Shown here: piece by piece, positions 1 to 17,245 of the stretch
Layout: each line of letters begins with the position of its first letter
How positions within the stretch are numbered: position 1 is the first letter of the stretch
Source of the DNA: an uncultured Thermus sp.
GTDB lineage: Bacteria > Deinococcota > Deinococci > Deinococcales > Thermaceae
Direction of reading: 5' to 3'
Assembly: GCA_947085095.1 (NCBI GenBank)
Contig: CAMTVD010000035.1
Coordinates: 30,035 to 94,034 of the forward strand
DNA: 64,000 nt
Translations under genes and position numbers: made by a program
Notes under the pieces: generated by a model
Databases searched by the model: none
What the model was told of the DNA's origin: nothing
Seen by the model: only the letters and a program-made list of their open reading frames with translations

Positions 1-186
1 GCCCTCCTGAGGGAGCTCCACGTCCTGGAAGGGGAAAAGGTCCACCGGGGCTACGGGGCTTTCCTGGCCCTGAGCCGGAGGCTTCCCCTTCTCTTTCCCC
101 TCTACCCCCTCCTCCTCCTGGGCCGGGTGGGCGGCCTAGGGGAAAGGCTTTACGGCGCTTTTGCCCGGAGGCGGCCCCGTGCCTGA
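1..186 (+). CDS. 3' part of a probable DCC1-like (DUF393) thiol-disulfide oxidoreductase family protein, truncated by the window edge
   Basis: Frame 1 is open from base 1 to TGA at 184-186 (ALLRELHVLEGEKVHRGYGAFLALSRRLP...GERLYGAFARRR), resembling the DCC-family C-terminus; overlaps the mutM start. Confidence 0.55.
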   Translation, partial: ALLRELHVLEGEKVHRGYGAFLALSRRLPLLFPLYPLLLLGRVGGLGERLYGAFARRRPRA

Positions 187-973
187 GCTTCCCGAGGTGG
201 AGACCACCCGGAGGCAGCTCATCCCCCTCCTTCAGGGAAAGCGCCTCCTCGAGGTCCGCCACCAGGACCCCCTCCGCTACCGCCACACGCAAAGGGCAGC
301 GGGGCAGGTGGTGGAGGGGGTGGAAAGGCGGGGGAAGTTCCTCCTCTTTGGGCTTTCCGGGGGCCTAGAGATGGTGGTCCACCTGGGGATGACCGGGGGC
401 TTCCGCCTGGAGAAGACCCCCCACACCCGGGCCGAGTTCCTCCTCCCCGACGGCGCCCTTTACTTCCACGACCCAAGGCGCTTTGGGCGCATCCTGGTGG
501 TGGAGCGGGGGGATTACCGGGAAGTCCCCCTCCTAAGGCGCCTGGGCCCTGAGCCCCTTTCTGGGGCCTTCCGCTTCGAGCCCTTCTTCCTGGGCCTAAG
601 GCGAAGCCCAAAACCCCTCAAGGCCCTCCTCCTGGACCAGACCCTGGCCGCGGGGGTGGGGAACATCTACGCGGACGAGGCCCTCTTCCGAGCCCGCCTA
701 AGCCCCTTCCGCCGGGGCCAAGGGGTTTCCGAGGAGGAGGCTTTGAGGCTCTTCCGGGCCCTCCAGGCGGTCCTCGCCGAGGCCGTCGCCCTTGGGGGAA
801 GCACCCTCTCCGACCGCACCTACCAGCAGCCCGATGGCCTCCCCGGCGGCTACCAGGAGCGCCACGGGGTCTATGGGCGGGGGGGCCTCCCCTGCCTCCG
901 GTGCGGCACCCCCATCGCCAAGGGGGTGGTGGCGGGCCGGGGGACCCACTACTGCCCCCGGTGCCAGCACTAG
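179..973 (+). CDS. mutM: Formamidopyrimidine-DNA glycosylase Fpg
   Basis: N-terminal PELPEVE after GTG at 179, HLGMTG, GVGNIYADE H2TH motif, C-terminal CxxC...CxxCQ zinc finger. Confidence 0.97.
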   Translation: MPELPEVETTRRQLIPLLQGKRLLEVRHQDPLRYRHTQRAAGQVVEGVERRGKFLLFGLSGGLEMVVHLGMTGGFRLEKTPHTRAEFLLPDGALYFHDPRRFGRILVVERGDYREVPLLRRLGPEPLSGAFRFEPFFLGLRRSPKPLKALLLDQTLAAGVGNIYADEALFRARLSPFRRGQGVSEEEALRLFRALQAVLAEAVALGGSTLSDRTYQQPDGLPGGYQERHGVYGRGGLPCLRCGTPIAKGVVAGRGTHYCPRCQH

Positions 974-2457
974 CCGACCCGCCCCCGGCCCCGGTCCAGG
1001 AGGTAGAAGAGGAGGGCGGAAAGGAGGGCCAGGAGGGCGGCCAGGGCTAGGGCCTCCTGGTAGGGCCCCTCCCCGGGCCTTCCTAAGCGCTCGTAGATGG
1101 CCAGGGTCAGGGTGGTCCACTCGGGCCGCCAGAGGACGAGGCTCGCCCCAAACTCCCCTAGGATGGCGGAAAGGGCCAGGGCGCTCCCCGAGGCCAGGGC
1201 CGGGAGAAGGAGGGGAAGCTCCACCCTCAGGAAGGCCCTAAGGGGAGTGGCCCCTAAGACCCGGGCCGCCTCGAGGAGGCTTGGGGGAAGGCTCCTCAGG
1301 GCGGGGAGGAGGACCCGGGCCACCAGGGGATAGGCCAGGAGGGCGTAGGCGGCAAGGAGTAGGGCCAAAGACCCCCTCAAGGAGGGGTAGGCCAGGAGGT
1401 AGCCCAGGCCCACGGCCACCGGGCTCACCATAAGGGGGAAGAGCCCCAGAAGGTCCAGGGCCCCCCTCTTCCGCGCCGCCACCCCGTAGGCCACCCCCAG
1501 GGGCAGGGCCAGGAGGAAGGCTAAGAAGGCGAAGCGGAGGCTGTTCCCCAGGGCCAGGGGCAGGGGGGTGAAGTCCTCGGAAGCCCAGGCCCGGGCCAGG
1601 GCCCTTAGGTCCATCTCCAGGAAGAGGGCGAGGAGAGGGGCGAAGAGGAGGAGGAAAAGGAGAAAAAGCCCCAAGGTGAGGGCCCAGGGCCGCCCGCTGG
1701 GGAGGAGGCCGCCCGGGGGGAGGGGGTAGGAGGGGATCCTGAGGTAGAGGAAAGCGGCCAGGCCCAGGGTAAGGAACTGCAGAAGCATCAGGGCACTGGC
1801 CTCGGGGAAGGCCAGGCGGTGGGCCAGGAGGGTGTAGACCTCCACCTCCAGGGTGGCGTACCGCCCACCCCCCAAAAGGAGGGGGACGCCAAAGGCGGAA
1901 AAAGCGTAGATGAAGATGAGGAGCCCCGCCGAGCCCAAAGCGGGGAGAAGGAGGGGAAGCCCCACCCTCAGGAAGGCCCGAAAGGGGCTCGCCCCCAGGA
2001 CCCTGGCCGCCCGCAGGGGGCCCTCGAGGCGGAGGGCCACGGGAAGGAGGATGCGGAGGGCAAGCCCCAGGTTGTAGAAAACCGCCGCCAGGAGGAGGAG
2101 GGCCAGGGTGCCGTAGAGGTCCACCCCCAGAACCCCCCTGGGCCCGAGGAGGGCCATAAAGCCCAGGGCCACCACCGGGGTGGGGAGGACGAAGGGCAGG
2201 GTGCTCCAGGCGAGGAGGGCCTCCCGGAAGGGGAAGCGCCGGCGGAAAAGGAAGGCCAGGGGCAGGGCCAAAAGCAGGGTGAGGAGGGCGGAAAGGAGGC
2301 CGTACTGGAGGCTGAAGAGGTAGCGGCCCAGGTAGTAGGGGTTCCCCAGGGCCTGGGCGAACCCCTCCCCCACCCCCAGGAGGAGGATGCGCCAAAGGGG
2401 GTAGAAGAGGGCGAAGCCCAGGAAGAGGAGAAGAAGCCCCCCAGCGAGGCGGACCAC
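970..2457 (-). CDS. thiP: Thiamine ABC transporter permease
   Basis: Duplicated permease with two EAA-like loops (AARVLGA); downstream of thiB and a TPP riboswitch. Confidence 0.85.
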   Translation of the reverse strand: MVRLAGGLLLLFLGFALFYPLWRILLLGVGEGFAQALGNPYYLGRYLFSLQYGLLSALLTLLLALPLAFLFRRRFPFREALLAWSTLPFVLPTPVVALGFMALLGPRGVLGVDLYGTLALLLLAAVFYNLGLALRILLPVALRLEGPLRAARVLGASPFRAFLRVGLPLLLPALGSAGLLIFIYAFSAFGVPLLLGGGRYATLEVEVYTLLAHRLAFPEASALMLLQFLTLGLAAFLYLRIPSYPLPPGGLLPSGRPWALTLGLFLLFLLLFAPLLALFLEMDLRALARAWASEDFTPLPLALGNSLRFAFLAFLLALPLGVAYGVAARKRGALDLLGLFPLMVSPVAVGLGYLLAYPSLRGSLALLLAAYALLAYPLVARVLLPALRSLPPSLLEAARVLGATPLRAFLRVELPLLLPALASGSALALSAILGEFGASLVLWRPEWTTLTLAIYERLGRPGEGPYQEALALAALLALLSALLFYLLDRGRGRVG

Positions 2458-2466
2458 ACCCCTACC

Positions 2467-3501
2467 CTACCGCCTGGCCCGCCGCACCGCCTCGGGGCTT
2501 TGTCCCTGGAGGACCACCTTGGTCCACTCCTCTATCCAGCGCTCCCGGTTCTTGGCCATCACCCCGGGGTCCAGGCGCGCGCTCCCTATGGGCTCGGGGG
2601 CGAAGCGGAAGACCTCGGGAAGCTTGGCGTCCCGCCTGGCGGGGTACATCCACATCTCCGTGGGCAGGTTCTCCTGCACCGGGCGGGAGAGGAACCAGTC
2701 CACCACCTTTCTGGCCCCTTCCAGGTTCTTGGTCCCCTTCAGGATGCCCACGAACTCCACCTGGAAGAAGCTGAGCTCGGGGAAGAGGTTCCCCGTGGGA
2801 GGCTCCTGGTACTTACCCTCGGAGTAGTAGACCTCCGCCGCCGGGGAGGTGGTGTAGGAGACCACCAGGGGCCGGTCCCCCTTGTAGAGGGTGAAGTGGG
2901 TGTAGTAGGCCTCGCTCCAGCCCTTGGCCACCCGCACCCCCCCGTCCCTCAGGGCGGCCCAGAAGTCCAGGTAGCCGTCCTCGCCGAAGTGGGCCACGGT
3001 GGCCATGAGGAAGGCCAGGCCCGGGGAGCTGGTGGCGGGGTTCTGGACCACGAGAAGCCTGGCGTACTCGGGGCGGGCCAGGTCCTTTGGGGTCTTGGGC
3101 AGGGGGCGGTCCTTGAAGTAGGCCTTGTCGTAGTTGAGGCTCACCCAGCCGTAGTCCACGGGGAGGGCGCGGAAGGTGGGGTCTAAAAGCAGGGTGGCCT
3201 TCAGGTTCCGGATCTCCGGGCTCCGGTAGGGGAGGAGGATGTCCGCCTCGAGGGCCCGGGAGAGGAAGGTGTTGTCAAAGCCGTAGATGACGTCGGCGAT
3301 GGGGGCCCCTTTGGTGAGGATGGCCCGGTTCAGGGTCTCCCCTGCATCCCCCCCCTTGAGGAAGCGGAGCCTAAGGCCCGTCTCCCGCTCAAACTGGGCG
3401 ATCAGGGCCTTGTCCAGGGAGAAGCTTGCGTGGGTGAGGACGGTAACCTCCTGAGCCAGTCCAAAAGCCAAGAGGACGAGAAGCGCCAAGGTTCTAACCA
3501 T
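2467..3501 (-). CDS. thiB: Thiamine ABC transporter substrate-binding protein
   Basis: Signal peptide, THASF, PATSSPGLAF, SYTTSP and QVEF motifs of TbpA/ThiB; TPP riboswitch upstream. Confidence 0.92.
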   Translation of the reverse strand: MVRTLALLVLLAFGLAQEVTVLTHASFSLDKALIAQFERETGLRLRFLKGGDAGETLNRAILTKGAPIADVIYGFDNTFLSRALEADILLPYRSPEIRNLKATLLLDPTFRALPVDYGWVSLNYDKAYFKDRPLPKTPKDLARPEYARLLVVQNPATSSPGLAFLMATVAHFGEDGYLDFWAALRDGGVRVAKGWSEAYYTHFTLYKGDRPLVVSYTTSPAAEVYYSEGKYQEPPTGNLFPELSFFQVEFVGILKGTKNLEGARKVVDWFLSRPVQENLPTEMWMYPARRDAKLPEVFRFAPEPIGSARLDPGVMAKNRERWIEEWTKVVLQGQSPEAVRRARR

Positions 3502-3534
3502 AAAACCCCTCCTTTGTCACCGGGAGGGGCCTCG

Positions 3535-3613
3535 GTCACCTTCCCTACGCCGGCATTACCCGGATCAGGTTCCAAGGGTATCTCTCAGCCCCTTAGGGGC
3601 ACCCCCGGTGACA
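3535..3613 (-). promoter_or_regulatory. TPP riboswitch
   Basis: Minus strand reads GGGGTGC...GCTGAGAGATACCC..GAACCTGATCCGGGTAATGCCGGCGTAGGGAA, the TPP aptamer consensus, directly upstream of thiB. Confidence 0.95.
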
Positions 3614-3621
3614 CCCCCAGT

Positions 3622-4470
3622 TTACCCTTCCCGGGACACCAGGAGAACCCCCAGGGCTTCCCGCAAGGCCCCGGCGAAGGCCTCGGGCTCATCTATCCAG
3701 GGGAAATGCCCCGCCCCAGGGACCACCCGGATGGAAGCCTTGAGGCGTTCCGCCACCTCTTCGGCGTAGGGGTAGCTGGTGCCGTCCCTCTCCCCCACCA
3801 CCACGGCCACGGGCCTCCGGCTGGGAAGGAGGTAGGGGGTGTAGTCCAGGCGCCAGAGGCCGTTTCTCAGGAAGACCCGGGCCGGGGCGTCCGGACCCAG
3901 GATCCCCGAGCCCTCCACCACCCACTCGTACTCCAGACGGCCCCTGGGGCTTGGGAACATGAGGCGGTCAAAGAGGAGCTTGGGCTCGGCCCTTTCCAGG
4001 GCGGCCCGGAGGTTTGCCTCAGGGTCCTCTAAGGGGGTTAGACCAGCGGCCTCCGCCAGCCTAGCGGCAAGCCAGGGGAAGCTCACCCAAGGGGAAAGGA
4101 GGATGGCCCCCTCCGCCCCGGAGTAGCGGCGGAGCACCTCCAGGGCCACCACCGCCCCGAAGCCGTGGGCCAGGAGGGCGAAGCGCTCCAACCCCAGGGC
4201 CTCGGCCAGGAGGAGGGTGTCCTCCGCCAGGGCGTCTAGGGTGAAGAGCCTCGGGTCCTCGGGGAGTTCCAGGCTCCGTCCCGAGCCCCGCTGGTCAAAG
4301 TAGACGACGCGGAAGTCCTCCAGGTACTCCCCAAGGCCCTCGCGGAGGGCGTAGGCGTTCCCCCCCGGGCCGCCGTGGAGGACGAAAAGGGCGGGGGCGT
4401 GGGGGTCCCCCACGTCCTCCACGTAAAGCTCCGCCTCCCCTACGGGGATGTAGCCGATTTCTTCCCGCAT
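3622..4470 (-). CDS. Proline iminopeptidase-like alpha/beta hydrolase
   Basis: LHGGPG, DQRGSGRS, GAGHFP; nucleophile elbow reads AHGFG. Confidence 0.8.
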   Translation of the reverse strand: MREEIGYIPVGEAELYVEDVGDPHAPALFVLHGGPGGNAYALREGLGEYLEDFRVVYFDQRGSGRSLELPEDPRLFTLDALAEDTLLLAEALGLERFALLAHGFGAVVALEVLRRYSGAEGAILLSPWVSFPWLAARLAEAAGLTPLEDPEANLRAALERAEPKLLFDRLMFPSPRGRLEYEWVVEGSGILGPDAPARVFLRNGLWRLDYTPYLLPSRRPVAVVVGERDGTSYPYAEEVAERLKASIRVVPGAGHFPWIDEPEAFAGALREALGVLLVSREG

Positions 4471-4679
4471 CCCCTATAGACTACCCCATCCTGGAAGCGG
4501 AAAGCCCAAACCCTAGCCCCGGGAACCTCCTTGGCCCTATTCACCGCTTCCTCCGAGGCTCCGAAGACCTGAAGGAGGAAGACCCCCTCCCCCTCCAAAA
4601 GCCAGAAGGGGTGGGGAAGCTCCTGGGCCAGGGCCTTTAGGGTCTCCAGGTCCTTGCCCTCCACGAAAAGCACCCTCAT
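4440..4679 (-). CDS. Small hypothetical protein (79 aa, MRVLFVEGKD...)
   Basis: ATG overlaps the upstream aldolase stop; Thermus-like codon usage; it is the C-terminal part of the 4440..5285 ORF. Confidence 0.7.
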   Translation of the reverse strand: MRVLFVEGKDLETLKALAQELPHPFWLLEGEGVFLLQVFGASEEAVNRAKEVPGARVWAFRFQDGVVYRGCGKKSATSP

Positions 4680-5254
4680 CCTAGCCTCCAGAGGCGTTCG
4701 TAAAGGAGGATCTCGGCGCTCTCCTCCAGGGTGGTCATGAGGCTGTAGGCCTCCAGAAGGGCCTCCTCGGGTTTTTCCTTTCCGCCCCAGGCGAAGGCCC
4801 CGTGCCCCTTGAGGAGGCAGACCCGGTGGGCCTTTAGGGCCTCGGCCACGGCCAGGGCCGCCTCCTCCGTGGCCGAGACCGTCTTGGGGGAGAGGACGGG
4901 CACCTCCTTCAGGTAGAACCGGCCCTCGAGGTCCAAGGGGACAAGGCGCTCCAGGTGAAGGGAGAGGGCCACCGCCACCCGGGGATGGGCGTGGACCAGG
5001 GCCCGGGCCGGGGTCTTTAGGTAAACCTCCCGGTGGATGACGCTCTCCACGCTGGCCCCTTCCGGGATGGGGCCCTCTAGGGGCACCTCCACCAGGTCCT
5101 CCGGGGTGAGGTGGGCCTTCTGCACCCCGCTTCGGGTGATGAGAAACCCCTCCTTGGTGCGCACGGAGAAGTTGCCCGCCGTGGCGGAGATGAGGCCCTG
5201 GTGGAAAAGGTCCTCCCCCACCTGGCGGAAGGCGGAAAAGACTCTGGCCAGCAT
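4676..5254 (-). CDS. Class II aldolase (fuculose-1-phosphate aldolase-like)
   Basis: GNFSVR, SVESVIH, VHAHP, LKGHG zinc-binding motifs; start MLARVF at 5254. Confidence 0.88.
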   Translation of the reverse strand: MLARVFSAFRQVGEDLFHQGLISATAGNFSVRTKEGFLITRSGVQKAHLTPEDLVEVPLEGPIPEGASVESVIHREVYLKTPARALVHAHPRVAVALSLHLERLVPLDLEGRFYLKEVPVLSPKTVSATEEAALAVAEALKAHRVCLLKGHGAFAWGGKEKPEEALLEAYSLMTTLEESAEILLYERLWRLG

Positions 5255-5264
5255 TTTTCCCCTT

Positions 5265-5303
5265 AGAAGATCCCGCCGAGGCCAAAGCCTCGGCGGGATC
5301 TTC

Positions 5304-5304
<1 letters not shown>
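5265..5304 (-). terminator. 18-bp perfect hairpin immediately after the rpoC stop
   Basis: AGAAGATCCCGCCGAGGC-CAAA-GCCTCGGCGGGATCTTCT. Confidence 0.65.
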
Positions 5305-9878
<4,574 letters not shown>

Positions 9879-9905
9879 CTTTCCTCCAGCTTGCGAATCT
9901 CTGGC

Positions 9906-13265
<3,360 letters not shown>

Positions 13266-13389
13266 GCGTCACCTCTAAGGGAAAGCGGGCCGCCCGAGGT
13301 AAGCTAACAGGGTTCTTCCGCAAGGGGTCCCCCTTGCGGCGGCTGGCTCTTACCGTGCTCCCTTGGCCCGACCAAAGAGCACAAACCTT

Positions 13390-13419
13390 AGCCTATATGG
13401 CTCTGCCTCGTCCCGTCAA
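13390..13419 (-). promoter_or_regulatory. Putative sigmaA promoter of rpoBC
   Basis: TTGACG-N18-TAGGCT on the minus strand, about 125 nt upstream of the rpoB ATG. Confidence 0.6.
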
Positions 13420-13442
13420 GCCCAACGCCGAAAACCCCTCTC

Positions 13443-14084
13443 CTAGCGCTCCACCTCCACCTTGATTTTATAGTTGCCCCGCCGGGTCTCGCCAAGGACC
13501 TCTAAAAGCCTCAGGCTCCCGAGGCCCTCGGCCAAAAGGACATCCCCAGGGGCCATCTCCTCCTTGGGGGAGGCCACCTTGCCCTTGAGGCGCACCTTCC
13601 CCGCCTTCACGCCTTGGACGAAGTAGGTGCGGGAAACGCCGAAGCCCTTGGCCCCCACGGCGTCCACCCTGAGGGAGGGGACCACCAGGGTACGCACCCT
13701 CTCCTTAGAGGGCCTCAGGGCCCCTTCGGGAGGGGGAAGGAGGGCAAGGCCTGCCCCCTCCAAAGCCTTCCTCCCCTGGGGCAGAAGGGCCACCAGGAAG
13801 CCCTCCTCATAAGGCTCCACATCCCCCAGGGCCTCCCCCAGGTCAGGGGGCTCCTTTTCCACGTAGAAGACCTCCACGGGGTCGTGGACCGAGGGGATTT
13901 CCGGCGGGTACAGCACGGCCACTTTCCGCTCCGCCAGGGCAAAGCCCCCGAAGAAGGCCACCTTGAGGCCCTCCTTCTGGGCCAGGCCTTCCAGCTCCGC
14001 CTGCTCCTCCGGGGAGAGGAAGCCCGTCTGCACCACCCGGCCGCCCCGGGCCCGCTTGAAGTAGGCCAGTAGGTCCGCCATCAC
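13443..14084 (-). CDS. YlmH/Sll1252-like S4-domain RNA-binding protein
   Basis: TGFLSPEE, FFGGF..AERK, C-terminal SLRVDAV S4 domain. Confidence 0.85.
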   Translation of the reverse strand: MMADLLAYFKRARGGRVVQTGFLSPEEQAELEGLAQKEGLKVAFFGGFALAERKVAVLYPPEIPSVHDPVEVFYVEKEPPDLGEALGDVEPYEEGFLVALLPQGRKALEGAGLALLPPPEGALRPSKERVRTLVVPSLRVDAVGAKGFGVSRTYFVQGVKAGKVRLKGKVASPKEEMAPGDVLLAEGLGSLRLLEVLGETRRGNYKIKVEVER

Positions 14085-14506
14085 CCTTCCCTAAGGGCGA
14101 AGCTCAGCGTGGCCCTGGCCCTTTCCTCCCCTTCCACCAAGGCCCGCACGGCCACCTTGCCCAAGCCCCTCCGGAAGAAGAGGAGCTCCCCCTCCAGAAT
14201 CAGGGTGTCCCCGGGAACCACGGGCTTCTTGAAGCGGGCCTCCTCCACCCCCACCAGGAAAACCAGACCCCCCGGGGCCACCCCCGGCTGGCGGGCCAGG
14301 GTGCCCACCGCCGCCTGGGCCATGGCCTCCAGGATCAAGACCCCCGGCATGATGGGGTAGCCGGGGAAGTGCCCCTGGAAGTGGGGCTCGTTGAAGGTGA
14401 CGTTCTTTAGGGCGCGGAAGCGCTTCTCGTCCGCCTCGAGGACCCGGTCAATGAGGAGGAAGGGGTAGCGGTGGGGAAGGAGGTTGAGGATCTCCCCGAT
14501 CTCCAC
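14081..14506 (-). CDS. fabZ: 3-hydroxyacyl-ACP dehydratase
   Basis: LPHRYPFLLIDRV, GHFP..PIMPGVLILEAMAQ. Confidence 0.97.
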   Translation of the reverse strand: MEIGEILNLLPHRYPFLLIDRVLEADEKRFRALKNVTFNEPHFQGHFPGYPIMPGVLILEAMAQAAVGTLARQPGVAPGGLVFLVGVEEARFKKPVVPGDTLILEGELLFFRRGLGKVAVRALVEGEERARATLSFALREG

Positions 14507-14510
14507 GGCC

Positions 14511-15542
14511 TCACCTCTTCAGGACATCGTCCGAGGAGAGGATGGTGTCCTCCAGGACGTGGAGCATCTCCAGGGCCTTGCCCGTGCCCAGGGCCACCGC
14601 CTCAACGGGGTTCTCCGCCACCACCACCGGCACCCCCGTGGCCTCCTGCAGGGCGATGTCCAGGTTCCGGAGGAGGGCCCCGCCCCCGGTGAGGAGGATG
14701 CCCCGCTCGTAGATGTCCGAGGCCAGCTCCGGGGGCGTAGTCTCCAGGACCGACTTCACCCCCTGGAAGATCTTGTCCAGGGGCTCCTTCAGGGCCTCGG
14801 CCACGTCCTCCGCGGGGATCTCGGCGGTGCGGGGAAGGCCGGTGAGGAGGTCCCGACCCCGCACCTCCGCCACCTCCCTCTCCTCCCCGGGCAGGATCTT
14901 GGCCCGGCCCAGCTGGATCTTGAGCTCCTCGGCGGTGCGCTCCCCGATGAGGAGGTTGTGCTTCTGGCGGATGTAGCGGATGATGGCCTGGTCCATCTCG
15001 TTGCCCGCGATCCTCAGGCTCTCCGAGCGCACAATCCCCCCCAAGGAGATGACGGCGATGTCGGTGGAGCCGCCCCCGATATCCACCACCATGCTCCCCG
15101 TGGGCTCGGCCACGTGGATCCCCGCCCCGATGGCCGCGGCCAGGGGCTCCTCTATGAGGTAGACCTTTTGCGCCCAAGCGGAAACCGCCTGCACCACCGC
15201 CCGCCTCTCCACGTCCGTGACCCCGGAAGGCACCCCCACCATAACCCGGGGCTTGAAGAAGCGGCTTAAGGGGGAGAGGACCTTCTGCAGGAAGAGGATG
15301 AGCATGCGCTCGGTGAGGGCGTAGTCGGCGATGACCCCGTCCTTAAGGGGCCGCACGGCCACGATGTTGCCGGGGGTGCGGCCCAGCATGCGGTAAGCCT
15401 CGGCCCCCACCGCCTTCACCTCCTTTTTGCCCTGCACCACGGCGATCACCGAGGGCTCCCGCAGAACGATGCCCTTCCCCCGCACGTAAATGAGGACGCT
15501 GGCCGTCCCCAGGTCAATCCCGATGTCCTCGCCTTTAAGCAT
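14511..15542 (-). CDS. mreB: Rod shape-determining protein MreB
   Basis: IDLGTA, RPLKDGVIAD, DIGGGSTD, LTGGGALL. Confidence 0.97.
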   Translation of the reverse strand: MLKGEDIGIDLGTASVLIYVRGKGIVLREPSVIAVVQGKKEVKAVGAEAYRMLGRTPGNIVAVRPLKDGVIADYALTERMLILFLQKVLSPLSRFFKPRVMVGVPSGVTDVERRAVVQAVSAWAQKVYLIEEPLAAAIGAGIHVAEPTGSMVVDIGGGSTDIAVISLGGIVRSESLRIAGNEMDQAIIRYIRQKHNLLIGERTAEELKIQLGRAKILPGEEREVAEVRGRDLLTGLPRTAEIPAEDVAEALKEPLDKIFQGVKSVLETTPPELASDIYERGILLTGGGALLRNLDIALQEATGVPVVVAENPVEAVALGTGKALEMLHVLEDTILSSDDVLKR

Positions 15543-15553
15543 ATCGCCTCACT

Positions 15554-17245
15554 TCACCTAGCGTACTCCACCACCCGGGTTTCCCGCACCACGGTCACCT
15601 GCACCTGGCCGGGGTAGTTCATCTCCCGCTCAATGCGGCCCGCGATCTCCCGGGCCAGGAGGGTGGCCTTGGCGTCGGTGATCCTGTCGGGCTTGACGAT
15701 GACCCGGACCTCCCGGCCCGCCTGGACGGCGAAGGCCGTCTCCACCCCGGGAAAGGAAAGAGCGATGCGCTCCAGGGCCTCGAGGCGCTGCAAATACTCC
15801 TCCAGGCTCTCCCTTCTGGCCCCGGGCCGGGCGGCGGAGAGGGCATCGGCGGCGGCCACCAGGACGGCGTAGACGGTCTCGGCGTTCTCCGGGTCGTGGT
15901 GGTGGGCGATCCCGTCTATGACCTCATGGGGCTCGCCGAAGCGGCGGGCGAGGGCGATGCCGATCTCCACGTGGCTTCCCTCCACCTCCCGGTCCACGCT
16001 CTTGCCGATGTCGTGGAGAAGCCCCGCCCTGCGGGCGAGCCCGGCGTCCAGACCCAGCTCCGCGGCCATGATCCCGGTGAGGTGGGCCACCTGGACCGAG
16101 TGCTTGAGGACGTTCTGGCCGTAGCTGGAGCGGAAGTGGAGCCTGCCCAAGAGTTGCACCAAGCCCGGCTTCAGGCCCACCACCCCGGCCTCGAGGGCCG
16201 CCTCCTCCCCCCTTTCGTAGATGAAGGTCTTCATCTCCTGCTTGGCCTTCTCCACCACCTCCTCTATGCGGCTTGGGTGGATGCGCCCGTCCTTGAGGAG
16301 CTCCTCCAGGGCCATGCGGGCGATCTCCCGCCGCACGGGGTTGAAGGAGGAGAGGAGGACCGCCTCCGGGGTGTCGTCAATGATCAGGTCCACTCCCGTC
16401 AGGGCCTCAAAGGTGCGGATGTTCCGCCCCTCCCGGCCGATGATCCGTCCCTTCATGGCGTCTGTGGGGATGGGGACCACGGAGACCGCCAGCTGGGCCG
16501 CCGTCTCCGAGGCCTGGCGCTGCATGGCCTGGGCCAGGATCTTCTGGGCCTCGCGCCTCGCCTCCACCCGGGCCCTTTCCAAAGCGGCCCGCACCCGGGC
16601 CGCCTTTTCCTCCTCCAGCTCCCGGTCCAGCCTCTCCAGGATGAGCCTCCTGGCCTCCTCCCGGGAAAGACCCGCCACCTGGTAGAGCCGCTCTTCTATC
16701 CCCTTCTCCCGCTCAACCAGTTCGGCTTCCCTGGCCTTCAGGGCCTCCTCGAGGGCGTCCAGCCTGAGGGCCCGGGCGTCCAGGGCCTCGCCCCTTTTGG
16801 AAAGCCTCTCCGCCTCGCGGCGGAGCTCCTCCCGCTCCTCCTTGAGGCGCTCCCGCTCCCCCTTGAGCTCCTCCCCCAGGGCCTTGAGCCGCTCCCTTTC
16901 CGCCCTAACCTCCTCCCGCTCGGCCCTTAGGCGCTCCTCGGCCTCGGCCAGGCGCCTCCCTGCCTCCTTCTCCAGAGCCTCGGCCCGGGCCCGGGCCTCC
17001 CTTTCCACCTCCTGGCGGAGGGCCTCCGCCTCCCTCCGGATGGCCTTGGCCTCCTCCCGGGCGGCCTCCAGGATCTCCTTGGCCTCCTTGCGGGCGGCCT
17101 CCAGGGCCGCCTTGGCCTCTTCCCGCGCCGCCTCGAGGATCTCCCGGGCCTCCCCTCGCGCCTGGTCCTCTCCCTTACGCCGGAGGAGGAGAGCCCCAAG
17201 GAGGACCAGGACCAGCAGCACAAGCACCAGGTCCAGAAGGGTCAT
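15554..17245 (-). CDS. rny: Ribonuclease Y
   Basis: N-terminal TM, coiled coil, KH (KGRIIGREGRNIR) and HD (LLHDIGK) domains; downstream of recA. Confidence 0.97.
   Translation of the reverse strand: MTLLDLVLVLLVLVLLGALLLRRKGEDQARGEAREILEAAREEAKAALEAARKEAKEILEAAREEAKAIRREAEALRQEVEREARARAEALEKEAGRRLAEAEERLRAEREEVRAERERLKALGEELKGERERLKEEREELRREAERLSKRGEALDARALRLDALEEALKAREAELVEREKGIEERLYQVAGLSREEARRLILERLDRELEEEKAARVRAALERARVEARREAQKILAQAMQRQASETAAQLAVSVVPIPTDAMKGRIIGREGRNIRTFEALTGVDLIIDDTPEAVLLSSFNPVRREIARMALEELLKDGRIHPSRIEEVVEKAKQEMKTFIYERGEEAALEAGVVGLKPGLVQLLGRLHFRSSYGQNVLKHSVQVAHLTGIMAAELGLDAGLARRAGLLHDIGKSVDREVEGSHVEIGIALARRFGEPHEVIDGIAHHHDPENAETVYAVLVAAADALSAARPGARRESLEEYLQRLEALERIALSFPGVETAFAVQAGREVRVIVKPDRITDAKATLLAREIAGRIEREMNYPGQVQVTVVRETRVVEYAR

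Noticed and set aside
17020..17160. About 33-nt tandem repeats in rny
   Set aside because: They encode the ordinary EAA/EAK coiled-coil stalk; not CRISPR-like
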